Of a DNA stretch of 64,000 nt, positions 42,075 to 52,124 are shown one piece after another. The notes under the pieces are model-generated. The model was given only the letters and a program-made list of their open reading frames with translations, searched no databases and was not told where the DNA came from. How positions within the stretch are numbered: position 1 is the first letter of the stretch; every line of letters begins with the position of its first letter. The stretch is from a virus, in IMG/VR virus record IMGVR_UViG_3300044910_000225, positions 3,698 to 67,697 of that record; one strand, written 5' to 3'. Position numbers and translations under genes: made by a program.

Positions 42075-42360
42075 TTCCTCTAGTGAATGATGGTTTATTG
42101 AGTGTAGGAAACTCTGGTTTTTCTACTACTACTCTAGTTAAGTCATATGCTTCTTCCCATGTAATACCATCTGTATTAGCTGGAGGCTTATAACCAATGA
42201 TAGGATCTAGTGTGGCTTCTATACGAGTCCCAGCACCACTATCAGTACGTCCAGCAATAGTACGAGTACTAATACTGTAACGGTCAGTACTGAAGCCTTG
42301 CTCCTTGAGCCAAAGTAGTACAGCCTCATCGAATTCCTTTGTGTTAAGTGTGATAGTCAT
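42055..42360 (-). CDS. Hypothetical protein
   Basis: Coupled ORF. Confidence 0.6.
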   Translation of the reverse strand: MTITLNTKEFDEAVLLWLKEQGFSTDRYSISTRTIAGRTDSGAGTRIEATLDPIIGYKPPANTDGITWEEAYDLTRVVVEKPEFPTLNKPSFTRGNANANE

Positions 42361-42465
42361 TTATACTCCAATGTGACGTAATACTTTACGTTTAGTCATA
42401 CTAGCAATAATGCTAATAATGGTAGAGATAAGTACTCTCCATGCAAATTTCAAGAAGAGAGCCAT
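42361..42465 (-). CDS. Small hydrophobic/basic protein (34 aa)
   Basis: Manual ORF MALFLKFAWRVLIST... that exactly fills the gap between neighbours. Confidence 0.5.
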   Translation of the reverse strand: MALFLKFAWRVLISTIISIIASMTKRKVLRHIGV

Positions 42466-42636
42466 CTACTCTCCCTTGTCTGCCGCTAATAGTTCTGCTT
42501 TAGCTGCTGTAGCAATCTTCTTCATCTGGTTGATGAGACCACGTAAACGCTTAGATGATGCCTTAGTAGGCTTAGAAGCATATAGTGATACTTCAGACTG
42601 ATACTTCGATACGAGTGTGTTGAATTGTTCTAACAT
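42466..42636 (-). CDS. Small basic helical protein, resembles bacterial histone-H1-like (Hc1) proteins
   Basis: Manual ORF MLEQFNTLVSKY...PTKASSKRLRGLINQMKK, AAGGA RBS. Confidence 0.55.
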   Translation of the reverse strand: MLEQFNTLVSKYQSEVSLYASKPTKASSKRLRGLINQMKKIATAAKAELLAADKGE

Positions 42637-42644
42637 GGTGATCC

Positions 42645-43196
42645 TTAGATTTGGTTGTTATTTTGTTTAGAGGTATTTAGTTTTATCCACTTAAATCCTC
42701 CTGCCGTTTTTTGTTTCCCTGCTACTGCTAGAGAGATGTATCTGAAGTCAACTCCAGTATGCAATGCTGCATCTGTTTGTGAGATAAACTCTTTTATCAG
42801 TACGCCTTCTAACGTTAACTGTGCGACAGGTACTAGCCCATTATGAGGCAGCATATGATAGCTATGCATAACGTTGTTAAAAGAGGTAGCCCATTCTAGA
42901 TTTGTTATAAAGTTATTTTCTTTATTCCCATCTATATGATTAACCTGTTTCTTATTAAGGGGATTAGGTATAAAAGTCTCAGCTACTAATCTGTGTACAT
43001 TACAGAGTTTCCCACTTAATACTTTTTTATTAACTCTATCCCTAACTCTTAAGTCATAGTATAAATAACCAGTTTGTTTATTCTTTTGTGGTTTAAGGTA
43101 TTGTGCTTTTCCGATAGAATATACTCTACCATCATTAAAGACTATGTATTTATCATAAATGATAACTCCACCACTATTCAATAATTCATTTAACAT
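42645..43196 (-). mobile_element. HNH endonuclease with NUMOD1-like C-terminus
   Basis: VHRLVAETF...VNHIDGNKENN; KQKTAGGFKW. Confidence 0.88.
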
Positions 43197-43241
43197 TAAT
43201 ACTCCTTATTGGGTTCTCCCAGTAGTATATCAGAGTTAAAC

Positions 43242-43418
43242 TTAAATCTGGTTATTGTCACTCCAATACTTTAGTTCATTATATAAAGCTCTAGCAATAG
43301 TAGGATCAAGATCCTTCAATGCCTGAGCAACTAAGTGTGAATTCTCAAATGTAATAGTAGTAGCAATGATGCAAGGATCTACATCAAAAGCATCTATTGC
43401 TTCTGATACGAGTTCCAT
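43242..43418 (-). CDS. Hypothetical protein (58 aa)
   Basis: Manual ORF MELVSEAIDAFD...SDNNQI with TAATG coupling. Confidence 0.6.
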   Translation of the reverse strand: MELVSEAIDAFDVDPCIIATTITFENSHLVAQALKDLDPTIARALYNELKYWSDNNQI

Positions 43419-43621
43419 TACTTCTTCTCCTGTAGATGGATATGCTGTAAATCACTAGCTTTAACCCATCCTTCAATGTGAACAAGGTTATGCTTAGTAC
43501 GATATTCACTCATATTAAAGTCATGAGCAAAAATACTGCCCATACCATACATAGCAATGACTGCTACGATGAATAAGAATAGAGGTCCTCCCTCTATATT
43601 TCTGTTGATCCAATCTTTCAT
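43418..43621 (-). CDS. Small membrane protein
   Basis: One TM segment; coupled ORF. Confidence 0.6.
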   Translation of the reverse strand: MKDWINRNIEGGPLFLFIVAVIAMYGMGSIFAHDFNMSEYRTKHNLVHIEGWVKASDLQHIHLQEKK

Positions 43622-44307
43622 TACTTTTTACCGAATGATGGCTTACCGAAAGATGCTTTAGGTGCTGCTTTGGTTGTGGCTGCTGGAGCTGATCCAGAGT
43701 CACGTCCACCAGCAATCCATGCAGTGATAGCTTCTTCAGTTAGACCATCTTTGTATGTGACGTTCTCAGCATATGCTAAGTCTTTAGCAAGCTTGACACC
43801 AGCTTCTGTCTCATTGAGGATCTCTTCTGCTGAAGCACCAAAGTCTGTATAGAATGCTTTGATGACTTTCTTCTCAGAGATCTGTCCTGCTTTAGCGTAG
43901 CCTTCTGGAACGATAGAGTATTCCATCTGTACACGCATCTTAAGTTCGATGTCCTGGAAGTCAGGAAGGATAGCTACTTCTTTCATAGCTCCACCTTTAG
44001 CGATAGGGAGTTCTGCTTCTTCTGGATCAGAGATGTCTTCGATATTACAGACTACTGCTAGTTTAGAGAAGAGACTTGCTTGGAAGTTAGGTGTACCATC
44101 GTTGTTATCAAGACGGATAGCACCATACATTACTTGAGCTGTACCGTTGTTGTCTACGAATAGATTAAGAGTACGAGCACCTTTGTCGTTGATGTCAACG
44201 ATGATGTTCTTGAGTGTGACATCATAGATGCCTGACTTATTAATGGTATTGCTACCGCCTTCGTTCTTGGATGCGGCAGCGAGATCAACTTTGAAAAAAC
44301 TTGACAT
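43621..44307 (-). CDS. Single-stranded DNA-binding protein (N4 gp45-like)
   Basis: 228 aa, Ala/Lys-rich tail ending in Phe-Gly motifs; synteny after the AAA gene. Confidence 0.7.
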   Translation of the reverse strand: MSSFFKVDLAAASKNEGGSNTINKSGIYDVTLKNIIVDINDKGARTLNLFVDNNGTAQVMYGAIRLDNNDGTPNFQASLFSKLAVVCNIEDISDPEEAELPIAKGGAMKEVAILPDFQDIELKMRVQMEYSIVPEGYAKAGQISEKKVIKAFYTDFGASAEEILNETEAGVKLAKDLAYAENVTYKDGLTEEAITAWIAGGRDSGSAPAATTKAAPKASFGKPSFGKK

Positions 44308-44342
44308 TATATTATTCCTTTTATATTTAAACTCTATGAGTA

Positions 44343-44834
44343 TTAGGCTGCACCATGATTCTCATGAAACATGTACAGCACCTCAGCTTCTTTACGTAAC
44401 TCTATTGCTTTAGTCATATCCTTAGACCTACCTAAATGCAATCTCTTTTTATTAACTGTTATCTGAGCTTCCCATACTTTATCTCTTTTATGCCATTTCA
44501 CACCCATAACACCTGATGTGTTAGATGAGTACATAGATAAATTTTGACAATTTATTTGTATTGGTACTTCTCGTAGGTTACTGAGGGAGTTATTACTTCT
44601 ATCATGGTCTATATGGTCAATATGCTGAGTAGGTATGTAACCATACATATACAACCATACTAACCTATGAGCAAGATAATTCTCCCTCTTAACTTTAATA
44701 GCAATGTACCCTTTATTATGAAGAGCACCAGCTATAGATCCTATTTTTACGTGGTTAGAACTTACCTTCCAACGGAAAATACCTGTAGCAGGATCATAAG
44801 ATAGTAGTTCTTTAAGTGTTTCTTGTGTGAGCAT
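44343..44834 (-). mobile_element. HNH-AP2 homing endonuclease
   Basis: LLSYDPATGIF, IDHIDHDRSNN, NTSGVMGV, AP2-like domain. Confidence 0.88.
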
Positions 44835-45026
44835 ATTAACCCCTTACGTGATGTAAGGTTCTGGAACTGTGTTTCAAGTTCCTTGTGAGACCTGCCTTGT
44901 TATAGGACTTATACCACAATTATACACCAACTATTATTTAACAATACTTAGTTTCAGCACATTTCGGTGCAACATGCCGTGAACGATACTGTTAACGACA
45001 TCAATGTCGTCGACATGTATCAACTA

Positions 45027-45797
45027 TTAAAATGACCACTCAGCTAGATCTGTCTGCTGTGAAAGTAGGAGATCAATGTGAGCTTTAAGTGAGAAGTATT
45101 CTTCACCTTCTTTGAGTGACTTGCTTTTAGATGGGTCTACTGTGTTGGCTACATACATCTTATCTGGAAGATCAATGATAGCTGTACGAGCTTGCTTGTC
45201 TTCACCTCTCATGTGTACTGCACGATGTTTCATCTCAGATACAAGAGTGATAGATTCATTGACTGTGCTGTAGAAGCCACCCTTCTCAAGGAACTTTCCA
45301 GATCCAAATGAGATGTAGTTACCAGTAGTCTTACCATCAGCTTTCTCTTCAATAACATGATTGAGTAAGATGACAGAGATGCCATTGAGTTCTAATGTCT
45401 CATGAATGAAGCTAGTGAGGATAGCCATCTCTTTAGTGACTTCAGCTCCCTGGCTACCATAGACGTTAGGCTTCTGTGAAGCTTTATCAATGACATCCAT
45501 GAAGATCTGAGATACTGAATCAATAGCAACAATTTCTGGGTATGATCCAAAGCGTTCATTGAACAGTTCTAGCTTATCCATGATACCATCAATGTGAGTC
45601 TTCTCTCCATCTACTATGATGTCTCCACCAAAGCAGAGAGTCTTCATATCATAGAATGTATCTACAAGCATATGAGGGACTTTTAATGAGAAAGACTTAG
45701 CATCTCTAGATACAACGAATGATTCTTTTCCTAGGGTACGTAGAAGGTCTGTCTTACCAGCTCCTGCTTTACCATTGATTAGTAATTTAACTGCCAT
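45027..45797 (-). CDS. AAA/Sak4-like NTPase (N4 gp44 position)
   Basis: GKAGAGKT and VAIDS. Confidence 0.8.
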   Translation of the reverse strand: MAVKLLINGKAGAGKTDLLRTLGKESFVVSRDAKSFSLKVPHMLVDTFYDMKTLCFGGDIIVDGEKTHIDGIMDKLELFNERFGSYPEIVAIDSVSQIFMDVIDKASQKPNVYGSQGAEVTKEMAILTSFIHETLELNGISVILLNHVIEEKADGKTTGNYISFGSGKFLEKGGFYSTVNESITLVSEMKHRAVHMRGEDKQARTAIIDLPDKMYVANTVDPSKSKSLKEGEEYFSLKAHIDLLLSQQTDLAEWSF

Positions 45798-46599
45798 TAG
45801 TATTTTCCTTTAGTGACATTGATTTGAATATGATGTGTGTTAGTTCTGGGTAAGAACGGACTGCTTGTATGGATTCTGCCATGAGTGTAAGAGTATCAGT
45901 TATCATCTTCCAGTCATCTTCTGTAATGACTTCTGTGAGTACTGTAACTCTAGGTGGTGTAATCTTCCCAATAGGCTTCCCTGTCTTATCAGAGATGCTT
46001 CTTGTGTCGATAGGACGGTTAACATATACTAGACGTATTCTGTTAATGGGGATGCCATTGTAGCGAAACATGAAAGCATATGCAAGAGCTTGGATCTTAT
46101 AATCAAATGAGATCTTAGTAGGCTCAGTAGCACTGCTATATGATTTGTAGTCTATGATGGTGTCACCTGTACGGTTGTCACAAGTACCACCAATGTAGAT
46201 GTTATCTAGGATAGGACACCATAGAGAACGTTCTACTTCAGTAGGTGGATTGTGACGGATGTAATCGTTGATGAGAGTCATAGCCATATCAGGATAAGCA
46301 TTACGGATAGTGTCTAACTGTATAGCATCTTCAGTGAGAGGTTGCTTCTTAGCAGTCTCAGTGATGTACTCTTCTACCATCTCTCTGGTGAAAGTAGTCT
46401 TCTCTGCATAGCTCTGAGCTGCTGCATGTACAATAGTTCCTAATACTGTAGAAGTAGAAGCAGTAAATGACTTCTCTCCTAATACGTTGTCCTTATACCA
46501 TACCGAAGGGTATGAAAAGAACTTGCCTATAGATGAAGGACTGATCTTGAAGGAACAGTCAGGAATACTCAATTTTTTATATGTGAAAATGTCATGCAT
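45787..46599 (-). CDS. PD-(D/E)XK nuclease
   Basis: ISPSS, GTIVH, GTCD, IIDYK, QALAY. Confidence 0.8.
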   Translation of the reverse strand: MHDIFTYKKLSIPDCSFKISPSSIGKFFSYPSVWYKDNVLGEKSFTASTSTVLGTIVHAAAQSYAEKTTFTREMVEEYITETAKKQPLTEDAIQLDTIRNAYPDMAMTLINDYIRHNPPTEVERSLWCPILDNIYIGGTCDNRTGDTIIDYKSYSSATEPTKISFDYKIQALAYAFMFRYNGIPINRIRLVYVNRPIDTRSISDKTGKPIGKITPPRVTVLTEVITEDDWKMITDTLTLMAESIQAVRSYPELTHIIFKSMSLKENTNGS

Positions 46600-46756
46600 A
46601 ATAAATATCCTCGTACTCAAAACCATACTTATCAGCTACAGATCGTAGCACATCATTAACATACCACTCATCATGGTAGCATTCTAACGCTGCTATAACA
46701 AACCTATCAAATTCTTCTTGAGTGATAGGAACTCTTTGTGTTAAATCTTCATGCAT
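46592..46756 (-). CDS. Hypothetical protein
   Basis: MHEDLTQ start with AAGGAG RBS. Confidence 0.55.
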   Translation of the reverse strand: MHEDLTQRVPITQEEFDRFVIAALECYHDEWYVNDVLRSVADKYGFEYEDIYYA

Positions 46757-47222
46757 TATTCTCCTTTTGTTTGGGTTGAATACGTGGATGTACAATACCC
46801 TTCTTGATAGTTCCACCAAGATGATAGATCATAGCAGTGACTGAAGCTTCTGTACGTTCAGGGAATAATGCTCTGATCATATCGAATGTACGATCAATAC
46901 CATAATACTTCCCAGTCATAAAGATACGATTGGTAAGCATTTCTTTGTCCCTAATACTCCATCTAACAGAAGTGTGTTCTTCCCTAGTGGTATCAGTAGG
47001 ATAGGCATGTGTACGTAGTACTTCCATAGCAGTATTGTATGCTTCAGTATGTTCATTAGTTAGTAGATCAGAGAATTTGTACTTAAGCTGTAAGTCATAA
47101 ATATCTTTATTCAATGATTTAATCTCTTCTGACAATTCAGCAATACGTTCTTTGTATTCTGCAATGTCATCTCTCATGTCCATGTACTGATGAGCTTCCT
47201 CATCTACAAGTATAATCTTCAT
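46749..47222 (-). CDS. Hypothetical protein with coiled coil
   Basis: Coupled ORF. Confidence 0.6.
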   Translation of the reverse strand: MKIILVDEEAHQYMDMRDDIAEYKERIAELSEEIKSLNKDIYDLQLKYKFSDLLTNEHTEAYNTAMEVLRTHAYPTDTTREEHTSVRWSIRDKEMLTNRIFMTGKYYGIDRTFDMIRALFPERTEASVTAMIYHLGGTIKKGIVHPRIQPKQKENNA

Positions 47223-47416
47223 TTGATTTCCTTTATTTTCATAATTGTTTCATCAATCCCGTACTCTTCTGCTACTCTATCAAATTCTCTAAGACTGAAA
47301 TCTCCTGCAGTACCTCCGTCATTAGCATGATACACTGTATACTCCAACTCACCATCTGAGTTCTCAAATCCTATGATGACTTTCTCATCATCATATGCTA
47401 TATACGTTTTAGACAT
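47219..47416 (-). CDS. Hypothetical protein
   Basis: ORF with AAGGA RBS. Confidence 0.55.
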   Translation of the reverse strand: MSKTYIAYDDEKVIIGFENSDGELEYTVYHANDGGTAGDFSLREFDRVAEEYGIDETIMKIKEIK

Positions 47417-47425
47417 GGTATTCCT

Positions 47426-47884
47426 TTATTGTAAATTATCACGGTAGAATTTACCGAGAATGTTAATGTTGAGATACTTCTCATCCTCAATAGCATTAAG
47501 ACAGAAGAGAGCTTTACACTCCATGTAGGTGAGTTCTCTTTTAGATATACAAAATGCTAGTATTGTTTTCCGTATGATAGTCTTCCCTTTAGTAAGGTCA
47601 GAAGATCCTTTGTATGATTTCCAGTTGTTCTCTTTACGCATAACATCAAACTGTACTCTCTTGCCTTTTATGTTACGACCAATACGATACAGTGATCCTG
47701 GTCTAACAATGCCTGACTTCAATGCTGGAAGATGAGTCTCAGAATAGCACTGCTTCTTTCCGAGATACATAGTACCATCATCATACTCTATCTGATAAAT
47801 GAAACCATAAGTGTCCTCTGGTAGAGACTCTACTGGCTGATCCTCATATGTCCAAGTCATTTTAAAGATCCAATATATTCCCAT
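47426..47884 (-). CDS. GIY-YIG-like (Seg-like) endonuclease
   Basis: YGFIYQI...YLGKK, WKSYKGSS, YLNINI. Confidence 0.7.
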   Translation of the reverse strand: MGIYWIFKMTWTYEDQPVESLPEDTYGFIYQIEYDDGTMYLGKKQCYSETHLPALKSGIVRPGSLYRIGRNIKGKRVQFDVMRKENNWKSYKGSSDLTKGKTIIRKTILAFCISKRELTYMECKALFCLNAIEDEKYLNINILGKFYRDNLQ

Positions 47885-48249
47885 ACTGCATCTAATATTT
47901 TCTCCATATCAGCAGCTATCTTAGCAGCAATCTCTCTATCTTTCTGTATACCATTATCAACTGATGTGATATGAGCACCTCCTCGATAGTAAACCTCATA
48001 AGCCTCTTTAAGAGCGTAAGCCTGTTTAAAATACTCAAGTATTTTGTACCAATCATTCTGAGTTATTATGGTTAATCTGAAGACATCTGAGATATTGAAA
48101 TGCTTACCATCAAGATATTCTTCAAAATGGTAATGCATATTATTGTTACCTAAGTAACCCATTCCCCAATACCAATCACAATCCCATGTATGCTTAGTAA
48201 GGTATATTTTTTCATTATCTAAATCTATCCCTAGTAGAATCTTACCCAT
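47857..48249 (-). CDS. Hypothetical protein
   Basis: WDCDWYWGMGYL motif; AT-rich codons. Confidence 0.6.
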   Translation of the reverse strand: MGKILLGIDLDNEKIYLTKHTWDCDWYWGMGYLGNNNMHYHFEEYLDGKHFNISDVFRLTIITQNDWYKILEYFKQAYALKEAYEVYYRGGAHITSVDNGIQKDREIAAKIAADMEKILDAVWEYIGSLK

Positions 48250-50441
48250 CAGAAAATCCTTTTAATCATAGTATGAATATTACGTATAGCATTATCAGAT
48301 GCAGGTTCATCCCAGTAAGCATTGACTGCTTCAACTAAGTCAGAGGTGTAATCAATGTCAGCACCTAAGTCATGAGCATGGTATACAAGTCGCACTAAAG
48401 AACGGTATCGTTCTCCAGGGACTGCATTGTATGCATATGAGAATGTCTCAAGTTCATCAGAGAGCAATGCTCTAGACTGAGCAGATGAAAGCTTCTGAGG
48501 TTCCTTACGTGGTTCTGTAGATGATGCTACAAGAAGGTGTTCCTTCACTTCTATAGGAGACTGATCAGTGACTGATAGTACTGTTCGTCCTGTATAAGCA
48601 AAGTAGATCTGAGACTTCGGTAGAAGGTCAGTCTTCAGCGATAGAGATTCAGCAATGGACTTAATGAATGGTCTCCACTGCATATCAGGAATGTCAACTA
48701 CAGCATCAAGCTCTAGAAGGATACGGAACTTGAATGGGTTGGTACTGTCTGAAGTACGGGCAATATGGTGGTTAATGTCCTGAAGGATGAAGTGGCATTC
48801 TTCGTCAGTGATAGCAGAGTCATCAATGTCAAGACATATCCACTTACAACCACCAATGATGTTCTCCTTAGAACGCTTACCACCTTTGAAGTTAAATGGT
48901 GAATATGCTAAGTCATACTTGAGTACCTCGTCTAAGTCTTTGAATAAAGTCTCAGAGAATTCATATCCTGAAGCACACTGAGACTGTCGTTCTTCTTTAG
49001 TGCCTGAGACAGTGAGGTATGATACTCCAATAACGTCAGTCTTCTGGATGGCTTCATAACAGATACCATCATCACATATGGTGTAGATACCTGTCTTATC
49101 ATATGATGTAGCAAGTGTTACAAGCTCCTTCATCTTAACAGCAGGTACTCCAGTGGTAGGAATGTAACCATGCTTACGAAGTTCATGGAGGCTGATGAAG
49201 GATCGTCCGTCTTTAGATTTGGTGTGCATGAAGTCAACGAAGAGTTCGTATGGTTCCTTCACCATAGCTACCTCAAAGTTGATCATGTCTTCATCTAGCA
49301 TCTCACAATATGTTATTGCAGCAATGTAGTCTTCTGCTAGGATGCTGTTGTGCTTGTTGAATATTGCAATAGCTCCAGAGAACTTCAGTGCTTTCCACTG
49401 CATATGCATACGTACAAGCTTAGAGATCTTGAACTGAGGATCAAGTGTTGCTGAGAGTTCCTCGTTGTATCTCTTGTAAGTGATGAAGAGTTCTCGTACT
49501 TCTGGTGATACTTCTAATGGTGCTCCAGCTCCTTTAACAGCTTCTGCTGCTATGGTCTTGATGAGACCTGATACATGCTTTCTAGCTGCTAATGCTGCAT
49601 CCTCAGCTGCTGTCTCAGCCGCTAACATCTCAGATACTGTAGGGTATTGAATGGACGGTACAGTGGTAGGTGAGAAGTTGAAGAATGATCTACGAGCAAG
49701 CTTAGTGGAGAACTCTCTGTCGAATATCTTCTTCACTGGTGCTTCATACAGAATGTTGTCCTGAGAACCTACGAAGAGAGCAGTAACAGGAAAGTTCTTC
49801 AGAGGCTTACCCTGTTCTTCCTTGTTACCAATAAGCTTCACTTCTTTAGAACCTTCATCATAGACTTCAGACATGAACTGCAGAAGTGGTACGATAGAGC
49901 CAGATGTGAGTTCTCCTCCGAATTCACCTGAGTAGACGAATCCTCCTCCAATACCAGATTCTTCTAGGGTGTTGAAGTGCTTCATGAGACCCTTCTGTGT
50001 ACTATCTACTGATGCAAATAGTTCTTCAGGTTTCTCATAGAATTCCTTGTAGGTGTTCCATTCAGTAGGGTCAGGCTTACCAGCAAGCTGAGCAGAACGT
50101 ATAGCATTGGATGTGGCTACTGCTTTACGCTTGTCTTCTATGATGCTGTAGCCTTCATTGAAACACTTACGTGCTGCATTAACTGCTGAGTCTTTACCAA
50201 ACCCACTAGCTGCAATAGCAAAGGAGATAGCATTGATAGGAATCATAGATCCATTCCAATGCTTGATGTTACGTCTAAGATGTGATGCAAATAAGACGAG
50301 TTCTGATGCAGCAATGGTAAGCTTAAAACGGTATGGAGCTTGTGGATTGTTAATGGAATCAACGGTCTGCCTAACAATGTCAGGCAATGCTCCAGAGAAA
50401 GCTCCTTTAGCCTGGAGATCTTGTTTAAGTAGGTCTAACAT
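48249..50441 (-). CDS. Primase/helicase-like replication protein (N4 gp43-like)
   Basis: N-terminal ASGFGKD NTPase region; C-terminal CLDID...HIART prim-pol-like motifs. Confidence 0.8.
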   Translation of the reverse strand: MLDLLKQDLQAKGAFSGALPDIVRQTVDSINNPQAPYRFKLTIAASELVLFASHLRRNIKHWNGSMIPINAISFAIAASGFGKDSAVNAARKCFNEGYSIIEDKRKAVATSNAIRSAQLAGKPDPTEWNTYKEFYEKPEELFASVDSTQKGLMKHFNTLEESGIGGGFVYSGEFGGELTSGSIVPLLQFMSEVYDEGSKEVKLIGNKEEQGKPLKNFPVTALFVGSQDNILYEAPVKKIFDREFSTKLARRSFFNFSPTTVPSIQYPTVSEMLAAETAAEDAALAARKHVSGLIKTIAAEAVKGAGAPLEVSPEVRELFITYKRYNEELSATLDPQFKISKLVRMHMQWKALKFSGAIAIFNKHNSILAEDYIAAITYCEMLDEDMINFEVAMVKEPYELFVDFMHTKSKDGRSFISLHELRKHGYIPTTGVPAVKMKELVTLATSYDKTGIYTICDDGICYEAIQKTDVIGVSYLTVSGTKEERQSQCASGYEFSETLFKDLDEVLKYDLAYSPFNFKGGKRSKENIIGGCKWICLDIDDSAITDEECHFILQDINHHIARTSDSTNPFKFRILLELDAVVDIPDMQWRPFIKSIAESLSLKTDLLPKSQIYFAYTGRTVLSVTDQSPIEVKEHLLVASSTEPRKEPQKLSSAQSRALLSDELETFSYAYNAVPGERYRSLVRLVYHAHDLGADIDYTSDLVEAVNAYWDEPASDNAIRNIHTMIKRIF

Positions 50442-50450
50442 AATGGTCCT

Positions 50451-50633
50451 TTAATCTGTGTGAAAATCTTCTAAGTATCTAGTGTAGGCATCCCACATAT
50501 CATCTATAACTGCTGAGCCATGTTCTTTGACCCAAGCAGTAGCCTTCTTCTCAGTGAAATCGTAGTTGTCCATAAGATCATCTACAAGCATCTCTAAGAT
50601 AACTTCATCATTGATAGCATAACCTTCTGCCAT
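50451..50633 (-). CDS. Hypothetical acidic protein
   Basis: MAEGYAIN start with AAGGA RBS. Confidence 0.6.
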   Translation of the reverse strand: MAEGYAINDEVILEMLVDDLMDNYDFTEKKATAWVKEHGSAVIDDMWDAYTRYLEDFHTD

Positions 50634-50643
50634 AGTGTTTCCT

Positions 50644-51108
50644 TTAGTCGCATGAAATAGTTGAGTAAGACATAGCTCTAGCTTTGTATTTACTATTGGA
50701 TACTGCTCTACCATTTACCTTCTTGCTGTAATACTCCTGCAAAGCTGTAGTAGCCTGACAGTAGTATAAATGTTCAAGCTCAGGAATGAACTTCTTGTAC
50801 TGCTTATCATCATGGAAGATATGATCACACTTATCTTTCAATAGCTTGTAGTTCTCAAGTGTCTTAATCTTCTTAGCTTCATATTGTTCTTTAGCTAGCT
50901 TAGTAACATGAGACTGTTCTTTTTTAGACATGTCTGCAAATGACTTATACTTACTATGATAGCTATTGATAGAGAAGAAGCTATCAGCTAGTGTAACAAC
51001 ATAGTCATGTTTGAATGTAGCAAAGTACTTCTTAGCATCAGAGACCACAGCTTCTTTAATGATGTCTTCTACTTTGTAGTTATTAATATCAAACTCTCTG
51101 GTTTTCAT
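50644..51108 (-). CDS. Hypothetical protein
   Basis: ORF with RBS. Confidence 0.6.
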   Translation of the reverse strand: MKTREFDINNYKVEDIIKEAVVSDAKKYFATFKHDYVVTLADSFFSINSYHSKYKSFADMSKKEQSHVTKLAKEQYEAKKIKTLENYKLLKDKCDHIFHDDKQYKKFIPELEHLYYCQATTALQEYYSKKVNGRAVSNSKYKARAMSYSTISCD

Positions 51109-51116
51109 AGTGGTCC

Positions 51117-51932
51117 TTATTTTATGATTACTTTGTCTAGAATAGACTGGCAGAATTCAACTTCATCTAGCGTATCACCAACATTAATAACGTCAGGTAC
51201 TGTAATAGCAATACCATAGTTACTATTGAGAGTGGTTCCAAATGTATCTTCTAATACTGCAAAGAAGAACTTACGTAAGAGTCTATCGTTGAGGACTGCT
51301 GACATGGTAGCAATGGACTTCTGATCTCTGTGAGAGAAGAGTGGAATAGTAGCAAGAAAATTCTTCTTGTCTCCTGAGCTACATGACTGGTCAGGGAATA
51401 CAAGTGAGATCTTGCAGTAGATGTGTTCACGTTCTAGCAGTTCTATCGTAGCAAGAATCTTCGCCATGTTCTCACGGATAGTACTGTTAGAAACATAGTG
51501 AGGATAGGAGATGCTGATGTATAGCTCATAGAAGTATGAGATGTATTTCTCAGTAGGAACTAGGAAACAAGCAGGGTCTTCTGCAATGACTTTAGCAACA
51601 TCCCAGAGTTCTCCCTCTACATCATAGTGATATGACTCATATACTGATTCAGAGATGAGTCCTCGTTTAAGCAGAGACTGCTTCACTCTGTTCTTGATGA
51701 TCTCATACTCACCTTCAGTGATAGTAGGAGTATCAGTAAGAAGCTGCTTCAATGCAGAATCGTATGATATTCCACAAGATGAAGGATCTGCCTGAGTCAG
51801 AGTCTTCACATGTGACTTAAAGTGTAGAAGATTACGGTAATTGAATATCACTGTATCTTTTGTAGGAAGCTTCTGTAGCCACGACTGTGGGTGAATATCT
51901 GGTAGAGCTGAATGTGTAATGATAGGTTTCAT
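51117..51932 (-). CDS. MoxR-associated vWA-like partner
   Basis: Located two genes after the MoxR ATPase; weak vWA-like pattern. Confidence 0.5.
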   Translation of the reverse strand: MKPIITHSALPDIHPQSWLQKLPTKDTVIFNYRNLLHFKSHVKTLTQADPSSCGISYDSALKQLLTDTPTITEGEYEIIKNRVKQSLLKRGLISESVYESYHYDVEGELWDVAKVIAEDPACFLVPTEKYISYFYELYISISYPHYVSNSTIRENMAKILATIELLEREHIYCKISLVFPDQSCSSGDKKNFLATIPLFSHRDQKSIATMSAVLNDRLLRKFFFAVLEDTFGTTLNSNYGIAITVPDVINVGDTLDEVEFCQSILDKVIIK

Positions 51933-52114
51933 ATAGTTTCTCCTGAATAAAAGTCATCAAACCAGTACTGAAGTTCTCGTACTGGTTGATCATTATCTAC
52001 TTCATACATATCTATAGATATGCCTACATTGTTATGCTTGATATGTAAAGTAAGATTGTTAGATACTACAATAACAGTATCATCCTCATCTGTTTCTAAT
52101 GTAAAAGGTTTCAT
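51929..52114 (-). CDS. Hypothetical protein
   Basis: Short ORF. Confidence 0.5.
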   Translation of the reverse strand: MKPFTLETDEDDTVIVVSNNLTLHIKHNNVGISIDMYEVDNDQPVRELQYWFDDFYSGETI

Positions 52115-52124
52115 TGTTGTGCCT

